Part shown: positions 36,136 through 45,806 of the stretch, piece by piece
Layout: every line of letters starts with the position of its first letter
How positions within the stretch are numbered: the first letter of the stretch is position 1
Virus record (IMG/VR): IMGVR_UViG_3300014203_000012
Coordinates: 64,001-128,000 of that record
Length of the DNA: 64,000 nt
Reading direction: 5' to 3' (one strand)
Origin: a virus
Taxonomy: Duplodnaviria; Caudoviricetes
Program-made: the position numbers and the translations under genes
Notes under the pieces: generated by a model
The model's input: only the letters and a program-made list of their open reading frames with translations
What the model was told of the DNA's origin: nothing
The model's database searches: none

Positions 36136-38363
36136 GATTAGACTACGAGGTTGTCAAACATGTTTGTTTAGATGATAGAGAGATAGCTGATTGGCGTGTG
36201 GCGCATAATAAGATCCTTTTATACAGTAAGTATGAAACAGAGAAAAAGTTAAAAGAAGACTGGGGATCATTTACCGATATGCAAATAGGGGATAGACGGG
36301 AAAGCGATTGGAAGTCTATAGATCTGTTTGGTCTTAGTAACACTGCTAGATACGAAGATATGCTATCAGAATTTCTTAAGAGCGATATTGAGGATGAATT
36401 GTATGATAATTTGTATGTTCCTGTAAAAGAATCTGCATATTCTCAAGCAGATGAATGGAACAAGAATAATATTAATAAAATTATTACCAAAGCAACGTCT
36501 TTAGAAGACTTAGAGGATCAATGGGATGCATATAATAGAATCCCAATTGACCGTAGATTCGAAGTAAATGATGCATCCAATGATCTATTTAAAATGGATA
36601 ATACCCAACATTATTCAATGCAAAAAAGTGAATTTCTTAAACAGGATATAGATGATGTGGAACCTACTTTACTCTATAGCCCAGTTAAAGAAGAAGCATT
36701 AAGATTATACGCATCAAAGATAGATACTATTGGGGCTGCGGAAACTTGTATGAAAATACAAGAATCTACTTTAGGGATAGCAACTAATATTATATTTGAA
36801 AGTGCAGTAAAGAATATTAGTGATAAAATAGATATGGATAATATGATGGCTCTATCTATTACCCCATTCTATTCTCCGTATGAAATGGAAAAGCTAGGTA
36901 TATCTGATATAGATACTGGTATATATAGCGGCGACCCTGATAATCTTCTTATTGGATCTATTACAACCAAACAATGGTTCCAAGAATATAAGAATAAGTT
37001 TAATGGGTTTAATGACGAAGACTATACTAGCCAATCTACATGGGCTGAAACTGTACGAAAGCTATACTCTAATTATAAAGATATAAAGGAATCTGGAGAT
37101 ACCTTTGCTATTAATAATAGAAAGCAATCTATTCTTGATCTTGGATGGAATCCAGAAATAGAGTTCAATGAAAGTAATAGAATATATGCAGATAACCGTA
37201 TAAATTCTATACTCAAAGAACAATATTCTCGATATAGAATTATTGATGTGGAGGAAAGCATATCTTTATTTAAAGAAGAAGCTAATGAAGATTATCTTGG
37301 AGCTCTTAGACAGGTTGCTGTTCGCCCAGTCTACATTGTATTCTTTAACTCTAAAACTATATTCAATAAATTAGTAAGAACTATGACTAAAAGTGTGTAC
37401 AGCCACGTTGCTATATCATTTACACCTTCTTTAAAAACTATGTATAGTTTCGATGCTAAGCGTGGTGGTTTCTCAGCCGAATATATGAAGGACTATATAA
37501 AATCTGGAGAAGTTAAAGCTATTCAGGTATTTTGCACTTTCATAGATGCAGATAAATATGAAATATTGCAATCTAGGATACATGAATACTCTAGAAATAA
37601 AAAGAAATTAGGGTATTCGTTTATCAATCTAATTACTATACCATTTAAAATAAATTATATTGATAGCTCTAAACAAGTTTGCTCTCAATTTGTAGATGGT
37701 ATGCTTAAATTAATAGACTTGGATATTACTCATCGTAATTCTAACATGATATCTCCAGGTCAACTTAATAAAAGTCTTAAAAAATACAAAGGTGATATGT
37801 ATAAAATATACACTGGTGCACCAGCAAAGTATAATCCAGATAGAATAATTGCGTTTATGAATAGAATAGCTAGCACAGTTATTAATGTAGAATCTGAAGT
37901 GCTAAGACCATTCCTTACCATATCTGCAATCAAAGAAGCTAAAGAATTCCCAGTACAGTTTACAGATGATGGTGATCTTCTTATATCTAAAGGTAAAGAC
38001 TTAGACTTCGAGGGAGAGTATTCTAGATGTCATATGGCATTAGTTCAATACGATAAGGCTAAAAATGCAGAAGCTATGAAGTATTGTTTATGTAAGTTAT
38101 GGTATATGAATATTGTTTTGGAAGAAAAGATCCATGATGATAAATCTGATAAGGATAAGATTAAAGAATACCATAAAGCTAGAGCTAAGATATTGAATGA
38201 TCTTAATGGATATATGACTAAAGTACAGAAGTTAGATAAAGACTTCGATATGCTTAAGGTATATAAAGAAAGTCCATTTGATAATAGCGAGATTAAAATA
38301 AGAAGATCTACACTAATTTACACTATCGATTTATTCAAAAGACTTATTGGTGCTACCAAATAA
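36129..38363 (+). CDS. multidomain late/virion protein with permuted papain-like (YaeF/YiiX, C92) domain
   Basis: YSHVAISF (His) precedes VCSQFV (Cys); N-terminal duplicated modules ending PVKE. Confidence 0.75.
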   Translation: MLGLDYEVVKHVCLDDREIADWRVAHNKILLYSKYETEKKLKEDWGSFTDMQIGDRRESDWKSIDLFGLSNTARYEDMLSEFLKSDIEDELYDNLYVPVKESAYSQADEWNKNNINKIITKATSLEDLEDQWDAYNRIPIDRRFEVNDASNDLFKMDNTQHYSMQKSEFLKQDIDDVEPTLLYSPVKEEALRLYASKIDTIGAAETCMKIQESTLGIATNIIFESAVKNISDKIDMDNMMALSITPFYSPYEMEKLGISDIDTGIYSGDPDNLLIGSITTKQWFQEYKNKFNGFNDEDYTSQSTWAETVRKLYSNYKDIKESGDTFAINNRKQSILDLGWNPEIEFNESNRIYADNRINSILKEQYSRYRIIDVEESISLFKEEANEDYLGALRQVAVRPVYIVFFNSKTIFNKLVRTMTKSVYSHVAISFTPSLKTMYSFDAKRGGFSAEYMKDYIKSGEVKAIQVFCTFIDADKYEILQSRIHEYSRNKKKLGYSFINLITIPFKINYIDSSKQVCSQFVDGMLKLIDLDITHRNSNMISPGQLNKSLKKYKGDMYKIYTGAPAKYNPDRIIAFMNRIASTVINVESEVLRPFLTISAIKEAKEFPVQFTDDGDLLISKGKDLDFEGEYSRCHMALVQYDKAKNAEAMKYCLCKLWYMNIVLEEKIHDDKSDKDKIKEYHKARAKILNDLNGYMTKVQKLDKDFDMLKVYKESPFDNSEIKIRRSTLIYTIDLFKRLIGATK

Positions 38364-38368
38364 TATAT

Positions 38369-38393
38369 GTAGGATAGTATTATGCTATCCTAC
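38369..38393 (+). terminator. terminator hairpin
   Basis: gtaggatagt-attat-gctatcctac then U-rich tail. Confidence 0.75.
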
Positions 38394-38406
38394 TTTATTT
38401 TTTGAT

Positions 38407-38417
38407 TATATATTATA
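38407..38417 (+). promoter_or_regulatory. early promoter TATATATTATA
   Basis: Motif then RBS AGGAGG. Confidence 0.7.
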
Positions 38418-38439
38418 TCAATGATAATATATTAGGAGG

Positions 38440-38835
38440 GTGATAATATTGAAGAGTATTAATGTGACAGACAATAATATCGAAGAGGTTATCAACATTT
38501 TAAACGAAGCATTTAAAGAAAAAGTGTTTAATATTTATTTTGGTAAGGTATCCAATATATACAACGCGCCGGAAACATTTTTTACTAATATTCCATACGA
38601 TAGAATTGGTGGTATGCGTATACCGCAAAAGGTGGAAGCTAACAAATCAAGTGATAAAATAAGAGAAATATGTGGATGTATTATAGATTTCCGTACACGC
38701 GGTGATTTTTATCATGTGTATGCAAATAGAAGTATTATTGTTATTGCAGATAATGGGAATATATATCTTATAACATTAGACAAAAATCTAGAAGAACAAC
38801 AAACTACATATGAATTTAAAATAGCGGCGGCATAG
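38440..38835 (+). CDS. hypothetical early protein
   Basis: 131 aa; N-terminus resembles 19375 protein (xTDxNxExxxxxL). Confidence 0.7.
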   Translation: MIILKSINVTDNNIEEVINILNEAFKEKVFNIYFGKVSNIYNAPETFFTNIPYDRIGGMRIPQKVEANKSSDKIREICGCIIDFRTRGDFYHVYANRSIIVIADNGNIYLITLDKNLEEQQTTYEFKIAAA

Positions 38836-38909
38836 AGCACTATAATGTGCTCTTTTCAATTTCTAATACATTTGTTACAATAAGATAAAAGAGAATAGGG
38901 GGTTTTATA

Positions 38910-39812
38910 ATGAGTAATAAAACTAATATATTTATAGGAGCGAAGTTCTATAAATATAAAGAAGATGGAAGTTTAGAAGTAATTAGGGTGATTAGAGTTA
39001 AAAGTGAGAAAATGTACGTTGTAATCAAAGATAACGATACTAGTCTCAAATATATTAAAACGGCAGATGAATTGCACGAATATGGTTTACTTAGATCAGA
39101 TGCTATATATACATTCAGCATTGTAGTCAATGCTGAAGATAATGTACAGCTTCGTGATATAATAGTAACAATGAGTAGAAAGAAAGATAAGAATGAGCCA
39201 TACGTCGTATGTCGCCAAATGATGCACAATATGTATTCTCATATGGTGACAACTGATACGGTTCTAGGCTGTTGCGTATCACAAGATTCATGCCCAGCTG
39301 ATGTGAATTTCAAATCTACTCTTATATGCAACCAATTAGTTAAAACCGTTTCAGTTCATGGATATTTTGAAGATATGCCAGAGGTTATACTTAAGCTTGC
39401 AGAAAAGCTTATTAGACAAGGAGATAAGATTCTTGCAGAACAGCGCTCTATATTAGGGGATGCATATAAAGGATTATGCAGTTCTGTTAAAGAATTATTA
39501 GAGGAAAACTTATTTTGGGAAGAGGTAAATAAAGGTTTAAAAATCACTAAACTAAATGATAAAATAGAAAATTGTTCACTCAATCTTGAGCAACTAACTT
39601 ACCTTGAAGAAGACATTTCATATCTAATGGATAAGGTGCATGTAGTCGAATATGGGCCCGATATTGATTTCAGTCAACTTAAGTCTGATTATATGCTTAT
39701 CCGAGATTCTGAAAATAAACTTTATTTTGTAAGCTTTTTGCGTGGTAGTTTTATAAAACAAGAACATTTGAGTGAAGAAGAACTTGAGAAATTTAACTCT
39801 ATAAAAATATAA
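38910..39812 (+). CDS. conserved hypothetical protein
   Basis: 300 aa, RBS AGGGGG, TACA-N6-TA at 38876-38887. Confidence 0.8.
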   Translation: MSNKTNIFIGAKFYKYKEDGSLEVIRVIRVKSEKMYVVIKDNDTSLKYIKTADELHEYGLLRSDAIYTFSIVVNAEDNVQLRDIIVTMSRKKDKNEPYVVCRQMMHNMYSHMVTTDTVLGCCVSQDSCPADVNFKSTLICNQLVKTVSVHGYFEDMPEVILKLAEKLIRQGDKILAEQRSILGDAYKGLCSSVKELLEENLFWEEVNKGLKITKLNDKIENCSLNLEQLTYLEEDISYLMDKVHVVEYGPDIDFSQLKSDYMLIRDSENKLYFVSFLRGSFIKQEHLSEEELEKFNSIKI

Positions 39813-39817
39813 TTGAT

Positions 39818-39828
39818 TATATATTATA
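39818..39828 (+). promoter_or_regulatory. early promoter TATATATTATA
   Basis: Motif followed by structured leader. Confidence 0.7.
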
Positions 39829-39896
39829 GAGATGAATTAATAAGCTGGTAACTACATATGTGGGTAACAGCAATAAAAATTAAAGGGGTAATTAGA

Positions 39897-40709
39897 ATGA
39901 ACTTTGAAGACAGAAACAACCGATCCAGAGGAAATGCACAACCACAGCAGGAAGCAGTGGAAGAAAAGGTTAATGAAAAAGGCGAAAAAAGAATTCCTGC
40001 TCGCATCCAAATCAAGTCAATTGAAATGGAAGGCACCTTCAAATCAAAACTTGTCACTTCAACTAAATTGTGTGCTATGATTAATAAAATCATGCGCGGT
40101 GTAAGTCCAGATTTTGATGGTTCCCGTATTCAAGTGCTTGGGGCAAATGTCGTATGCGAATTGTTCTTTTGTGAGAATCCACATGTGCCACTTCGTGAAG
40201 GTCAAATTCAAGTAATTGATCGTCGCGATAATATTTATGGTACTAATGGTAAAGTGAAAAATGCTGCTAGTGTTATTGAACGATTCAATCGCAGAAATGC
40301 GGTTGCCACTCAATACGAAGTAACTCAAGAAGGTAAAGAAGCATTTGGTGAATTCGTTCCATCTCACCTTATCACTAATCGTGAAAAGAAGATTATTGAT
40401 TGGGGTCGCGCCGCTGCAGAAGATTGCGAATCTGCATACAACGGTCGTAATAAAATCTATGTAAAAGTGCAATTTGACTTGCATAAATTCTTACGCAAAG
40501 TCTATGGCGGTAAAGCTGCAGATGGGTCTGATTACATCTATGAGCTTTCAGTATTGAAACCATTGGATGCAATCAAATTACCAGGCGGCAATATTGTAGC
40601 CACAAAATGGCTAGTAAATGTTCTTCAGGTTGATGAAGCTAGTGTTCGTACAACCTATGAAGAGAGCGGTTTCAGCCCTCTCCAGAACACACTGAATATC
40701 ATTCGCTAA
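39897..40709 (+). CDS. abundant early protein of unknown function (likely start 39897)
   Basis: RBS AAAGGGG; CGT/CGC-rich codon usage as in the capsid gene. Confidence 0.8.
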   Translation: MNFEDRNNRSRGNAQPQQEAVEEKVNEKGEKRIPARIQIKSIEMEGTFKSKLVTSTKLCAMINKIMRGVSPDFDGSRIQVLGANVVCELFFCENPHVPLREGQIQVIDRRDNIYGTNGKVKNAASVIERFNRRNAVATQYEVTQEGKEAFGEFVPSHLITNREKKIIDWGRAAAEDCESAYNGRNKIYVKVQFDLHKFLRKVYGGKAADGSDYIYELSVLKPLDAIKLPGGNIVATKWLVNVLQVDEASVRTTYEESGFSPLQNTLNIIR

Positions 40710-40714
40710 CATAC

Positions 40715-40748
40715 ATATACAGGAGTAGAGAAATCTACTCCTGTATAT
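40715..40748 (+). terminator. terminator hairpin with GAAA loop
   Basis: atatacaggagtaga-gaaa-tctactcctgtatat. Confidence 0.85.
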
Positions 40749-40782
40749 ATTATTATTATTTTTTATTTGGAGGTAATACAAA

Positions 40783-41025
40783 ATGGATTGCGGAGATGCA
40801 GATAAAGATACCCCAAATATAGTAGATTTGATAGAATATACAAAACATATTTTATCAAATTTTAAATTTAAAGAGGGAAAAGAACCTACAGATAATGAGA
40901 TTTCTGAACTGTCTACTTCGATATCAAAAGATTATTTTGATGCGTTTACTAAAGTATATCATTATTTTAAATGGGACGAGAGAATAGAAAAAGGACCCTT
41001 CCCGGGCACTAAATCATTTTATTAG
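40783..41025 (+). CDS. hypothetical protein
   Basis: 80 aa, RBS GGAGGT. Confidence 0.7.
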   Translation: MDCGDADKDTPNIVDLIEYTKHILSNFKFKEGKEPTDNEISELSTSISKDYFDAFTKVYHYFKWDERIEKGPFPGTKSFY

Positions 41026-41037
41026 GGGGTATAAGAA

Positions 41038-41427
41038 ATGGCTGCTATTTTTGAATATCATGTTAATGACGAGGTTGATGAAGTTATTGATGAAAAAGGT
41101 AATACCGTTATCCTATTTAGAAAACTAGCATGGGGTAAAGGTGCAGAGAAACTTGAATTAAGAAAATGGTTTGTTGATATAAATAAAGAAACACCTTCTA
41201 AGGGAGTCACTTTCCTAACAGAAGAAGGCCCACATAATCTAGTGCATACCTTTATTAAGAAGGGGTTTGGCGATACTGAAAAGATTTTAACAGAACTAAA
41301 AGCCAGAGATGGATTTGAAGATGCTCTTTCTAGTGTAATTGGTAAGAAAAAGGTAAAAGAAATTAAGGAACAAGATGCCGTTGAAGGTGAAGCGGTTTAC
41401 TACGATCCTAAAGAAATGCTGGGGTGA
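41038..41427 (+). CDS. PC4/YdbC-like ssDNA-binding protein
   Basis: KLAWG..KLELRKW..TPSKGVTF. Confidence 0.7.
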   Translation: MAAIFEYHVNDEVDEVIDEKGNTVILFRKLAWGKGAEKLELRKWFVDINKETPSKGVTFLTEEGPHNLVHTFIKKGFGDTEKILTELKARDGFEDALSSVIGKKKVKEIKEQDAVEGEAVYYDPKEMLG

Positions 41428-41432
41428 TTTAA

Positions 41433-41837
41433 ATGGCAATCGAAAATGAAGTTCAAGGTGGAATAGCAGAAGGGCCATTTGAGCAGTTTGAAATATGCAC
41501 CTATGATACAAATTGCAAGTTTAAAGACACCGATGGGTATTGTATCTTTGAAGTGTGCATTATTCAACACACCCTACCGCCACTTACAATGCTATGGTAC
41601 TTTGAATGTGTAATATGTAAAACTATAGATTGTATAAGACCAAACGATATGAAGATGCATATTTGCTCAAAATGTATTGAAAGAATACATGCAGTAGAGG
41701 CTCTTCCTGTTACTTGTCGATGGTGTGGTGCCACTATAACCTCTCCACCATCATGGGTATTTTCAGGATTGTGCCCAGACTGTTTGGGCAGATTAAAGAA
41801 AGCTGCATGGGAGCATGATTTTAATGATTTACGATGA
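41433..41837 (+). CDS. Cys-rich zinc-binding protein
   Basis: Multiple CxxC pairs (CVIC, CSKC, CRWC, CPDC). Confidence 0.7.
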   Translation: MAIENEVQGGIAEGPFEQFEICTYDTNCKFKDTDGYCIFEVCIIQHTLPPLTMLWYFECVICKTIDCIRPNDMKMHICSKCIERIHAVEALPVTCRWCGATITSPPSWVFSGLCPDCLGRLKKAAWEHDFNDLR

Positions 41838-42876
41838 TAATACTCCAATAGAATATGTATTATACGGCCAATTTATAAAGTATGAATCATTAAAGAATAT
41901 GGTTGCACTAGAGTTTGCAAACTCTAATGCGGAAGAAGTTAATATCTTTATAGATCTTAATCAAATGCTTTTACCAGCATTTAGATATCTTAAGATTCAA
42001 GATTATAATGTCATCAGCTCTACGATTATAAACTATTGCGCCCATATGAGAGCGTACTTCAGAACTAGACATGGGGTACAATCTAATATTATTCTAGTAT
42101 TTACACGCAATATGTCTAGTAACAACACAAAGTTTTGCGCGGAATATAACAGCCATTATAGACTGAGAATGCAATCAAATGAAAAGATTATGGAAGCAGT
42201 CTATTATAATTTAGATATTCTAAAAACCCTATGCCCATATTTACCAGATATATATCTGAAGATCGGCACTGTAGAACCTGCTGTTATGATACATGATCTT
42301 ATAACTAAAACGTTTACCGATAAGCCTAATATAGTTATATCATCATCTCAGTATGCATACCAACTACCTGCAACTACACCAAATACTGTTGTGTTTAGAA
42401 AGAAGACAACCACTAAAATGGATACTTCTTACTCATACAACATGGTTAATGCAATGAATGCTTTTATATACGAGACAAAAGGAGCAGTTGTAAATGAAGT
42501 ACTTAATACTAAAGCTATTAGTTTGCTTATGGTATTAAGTGGATTACCTAAACGTAATATAAAAAGTATATTCGATATCAGGAAAGCTATGAATATTATT
42601 CAAAGCATACCAGATACATGTTTAGGTGACATTGATGCTATGTATAGCTATATAACAACATATCTAGCTTCAACAAAAGTTAAGAGAGCTCTTTCATATG
42701 AAGAGTTTGTTAATAGATTCAAAGCTATAGATCTTTTGTATCAGCATAAGCTATATGAACTATTGCCTGAGTCTAAAGAACAATCTTACTTACAACGATT
42801 CAGAGATCCAGCTACTGTAAAGGATATAAATGATAAATATTTTAAAACAGTTCCACTGGATTTAGAAAGATTATAA
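41815..42876 (+). CDS. 5'-3' exonuclease/FEN (T4 RNase H-like) fold, catalytic motifs degenerate
   Basis: IFIDLN, GTVEPA, IVISSSQYAYQL, LSGLPKRNI spaced like FEN motifs. Confidence 0.5.
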   Translation: MILMIYDDNTPIEYVLYGQFIKYESLKNMVALEFANSNAEEVNIFIDLNQMLLPAFRYLKIQDYNVISSTIINYCAHMRAYFRTRHGVQSNIILVFTRNMSSNNTKFCAEYNSHYRLRMQSNEKIMEAVYYNLDILKTLCPYLPDIYLKIGTVEPAVMIHDLITKTFTDKPNIVISSSQYAYQLPATTPNTVVFRKKTTTKMDTSYSYNMVNAMNAFIYETKGAVVNEVLNTKAISLLMVLSGLPKRNIKSIFDIRKAMNIIQSIPDTCLGDIDAMYSYITTYLASTKVKRALSYEEFVNRFKAIDLLYQHKLYELLPESKEQSYLQRFRDPATVKDINDKYFKTVPLDLERL

Positions 42877-42895
42877 TCTAAAGGAGATACTATAC

Positions 42896-43360
42896 ATGGA
42901 CTATGAAGAATTTACTAAAACTGCATTCAAGTTTATTGTAAAGAGTGGAAATTATAAGAAACTTAAATATATTAGACTAAAAATTCATAAAGGTAATGCA
43001 AATATGCATGGTTTATGTTTTCGATGCACAATTATGATATTCATAGATAAGATATTGTTAGCTAAAGTTAACGATTCAGAAGATGATATAAAAGCTTATA
43101 TCATCTTCGTAATAGCTCATGAATTATCGCATTCGCTTCAAATTATAAATTCTGTACGATATGGTGATGATATGAAATATCGATATTTCATAGAAGCTTC
43201 AGCTGATCTGGATGCTTCAACTTATATAAAAGAAAATTATGAAATTCTTGAAAAGAGACTAGGGTATTTTTCTTTAGATACTATAGAAAGTATAGAAGAT
43301 AAAGCTATAGAATATTTGAAGAAATCTACTGTGAAGTACAGGATCAAACATATTAGGTAA
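42896..43360 (+). CDS. small zincin-like metallopeptidase
   Basis: VIAHELSH plus downstream EASAD. Confidence 0.6.
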   Translation: MDYEEFTKTAFKFIVKSGNYKKLKYIRLKIHKGNANMHGLCFRCTIMIFIDKILLAKVNDSEDDIKAYIIFVIAHELSHSLQIINSVRYGDDMKYRYFIEASADLDASTYIKENYEILEKRLGYFSLDTIESIEDKAIEYLKKSTVKYRIKHIR

Positions 43361-43405
43361 TAGGGCAACCTATTACCTTTTATTTTTTGTAAGGAGGAGA
43401 TAATT

Positions 43406-45760
43406 TTGGCTCAATACAAATATTATATTGAAATGAACTATATAAATGAAAAAACTAATCTAGCAATAAAACCAGAGAATATAAAGCATTTTTTTATAGA
43501 TAGTGATTATGAAAATGCACATATCGCAATGATGTATGCCGTATTGAATATCGATAAAAGCTTTTATGATGAGATTATAACTAATGCTAAAACCGCTACC
43601 ATAATCACTAATATATATAAGATTTTAACCGATGATGCAACTGAAACTAAGATACTGACCAGTTACAAAGGAGAATGCTCCTATTTCATATCTGGCGATA
43701 TTAACTACAATAAAGAGATTGATTATGCTACAACCAGTGATGATACAGCTAAGAAAGAAGACATATATAAGCAGGTTCAGATAGGTCTTATGTATAAAGA
43801 GTGTATCGACAATAATAAGCAAACAAATAACACTACTATCAAAGATACCACGATGATAAATGCAGTTGCATCATATTTAACAAAGGTTCCTCTTCTTATA
43901 GAGAACTTTACGTATAACGATAATATATCACAACTAGTAGTGCCACCTCAAGATTCTCTATTCAAAACAATAAATTTCTTCAATTCAATTAAAGTATTCT
44001 ATGACACACCATATAGGTTCTTTATAGAGCCAGGATGTACCTATCTTATAAGCAGTTCAGGTAAAGCTGTACAAAAAGCTAGTGAAAAGTATAATACGAT
44101 TATACTTAGCATCCATTCTATAATAGATGACGATGCTAATATATTAGGAATGGAAGAAGACGATACTAATAAATGTTATAGAGTTGATGTGAATGTATTA
44201 GATACTCATTATACAATAGACAATGATACTTGCAAAACTGTTAATAATATCAGCTCTATCATAAATCCTAGTAAAGAAAATTCTCTTATTGCTTTAGGTG
44301 ATATTCAAAAGGCAATGGCATCTGTAGAAAAAATACGAACTAATATACTCAACTCTATAACTGGAAAGCTGAATGTGCTAAAAACTATACCAAGTGCTAT
44401 AAACAATTCTAAAATACAAATTAATGCAAGCACAAGTAATGTATCTAAAGATACCGATGGCAGCGTAGCTTTAGTATCCCAAGCTATAGAAATAATACAA
44501 GCCATACCAGAAGAACAGCCAACACCAGTAGAAGGAGAACCAACACCAACTCCAATAAAAACAATGTCTGCTCTTGAAAAGGGTACAGTGATAGCTAAAC
44601 TAAATATAGATAAACAGAGTTTGATTACTAATACGACTAAGTTTAATAATCTTAATACGAGTTTTGCTGAATCTTCAAATAGTATGATGAATTGTATGGG
44701 GAAAACAACAACTGTAGTTCCAAGTCTACTCAATGCTATTACCGCTATAAATATTACAGATAATACTGCACAGATAAAAAGTACTGCAACCGCAACTAAA
44801 GTAGCAAATATTGCTAACCAACTTTTTACTACAACCACACTACTTCCTCATATAGATAATGGGACTGCGTTGATAACGTCAACGCAAAACATAATAGCAG
44901 ATCTAACGGCAGTTGGAGTTCCTGAATTAACTGAGACTGTAACTTCACTTCAAACTAATCTAGCTAGCACAGTATCTGAGGTGGCAAATGTAACTACTCA
45001 CCTTAATGCGTATAAAGCATTCCCAGTAGAAATGGGTTCGGTCTACGCTAATATTAGCCCATACATTAATAAATTTGATGGTCTTACTGTAAATCTTAAA
45101 CGGCAATTTACGAATCTTACAACGGATATTCAAGATACTAATACAGAGTCTAGTACTCTAAGCAGTATAATAAATGATAGCACTAGTATTTTAAACTCAT
45201 TAAAGACTAAAGGTATTAGTCTAAGCTCATTGGCTGACATATCTAAAGATATAAATTCGGTTAAAGATATATCGCAGATAGGTAAAGTTGGTGTAAGTAA
45301 ATTTAATGTAGGGTTGAATTTTAATGGTACTTCTACGATTAATGATGGTGGAACTAGAGTAATAAGAATAAACAATGATAATTCAAATAAAATAAAAAAT
45401 ATTAAAGCTAATATGGAGAATAAATCTAATAAACTTACTCTAAATAAGAACGATTTAGATACTTCAGTATTTACCATTAATAAAGAATATGTTGTAAAAA
45501 ACTATGATGCTCATTCTAATAAAGATGGTAGATTCTTATTGAATAGAAAAGTAGAAATCTTTCTTAGAGAAGATACTAAGTTTCTTCTAAATACAATGCT
45601 TGAGTTTGATAAACTTGCAGATGATAATATAGGGGCGACTAAAGCTGCTGAATTGGGGAAGAAAATTATAATCGATAAACTTAATACAATTCCAACGGCT
45701 AGCCAAATAATTAGCAATGCTACTGATATTATCAATACTATTAAAAACGCGACCAAATGA
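43406..45760 (+). CDS. putative tail/baseplate structural protein with long central helical insertion
   Basis: 784 aa, TTG start after AAGGAGG; beta-rich ends, T/S/N-rich amphipathic middle, PT linker. Confidence 0.5.
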   Translation: MAQYKYYIEMNYINEKTNLAIKPENIKHFFIDSDYENAHIAMMYAVLNIDKSFYDEIITNAKTATIITNIYKILTDDATETKILTSYKGECSYFISGDINYNKEIDYATTSDDTAKKEDIYKQVQIGLMYKECIDNNKQTNNTTIKDTTMINAVASYLTKVPLLIENFTYNDNISQLVVPPQDSLFKTINFFNSIKVFYDTPYRFFIEPGCTYLISSSGKAVQKASEKYNTIILSIHSIIDDDANILGMEEDDTNKCYRVDVNVLDTHYTIDNDTCKTVNNISSIINPSKENSLIALGDIQKAMASVEKIRTNILNSITGKLNVLKTIPSAINNSKIQINASTSNVSKDTDGSVALVSQAIEIIQAIPEEQPTPVEGEPTPTPIKTMSALEKGTVIAKLNIDKQSLITNTTKFNNLNTSFAESSNSMMNCMGKTTTVVPSLLNAITAINITDNTAQIKSTATATKVANIANQLFTTTTLLPHIDNGTALITSTQNIIADLTAVGVPELTETVTSLQTNLASTVSEVANVTTHLNAYKAFPVEMGSVYANISPYINKFDGLTVNLKRQFTNLTTDIQDTNTESSTLSSIINDSTSILNSLKTKGISLSSLADISKDINSVKDISQIGKVGVSKFNVGLNFNGTSTINDGGTRVIRINNDNSNKIKNIKANMENKSNKLTLNKNDLDTSVFTINKEYVVKNYDAHSNKDGRFLLNRKVEIFLREDTKFLLNTMLEFDKLADDNIGATKAAELGKKIIIDKLNTIPTASQIISNATDIINTIKNATK

Positions 45761-45806
45761 CACATTATACCCCAGTATACAAAGCGTATACTGGGGTATA
45801 ATGTGT
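45760..45806. terminator. bidirectional terminator
   Basis: acacattataccccagtatac..gtatactggggtataatgtgt between convergent genes. Confidence 0.88.

Noticed and set aside
39897-40709. Phage nucleus shell (chimallin) or PhuZ tubulin
   Set aside because: Too short for chimallin, no tubulin GGGTGSG motif; nothing in the window supports a nucleus.
43347-43359. Late promoter for 43406
   Set aside because: AACA-N7-TA spacing is off by one and overlaps a hairpin, so it was not called.
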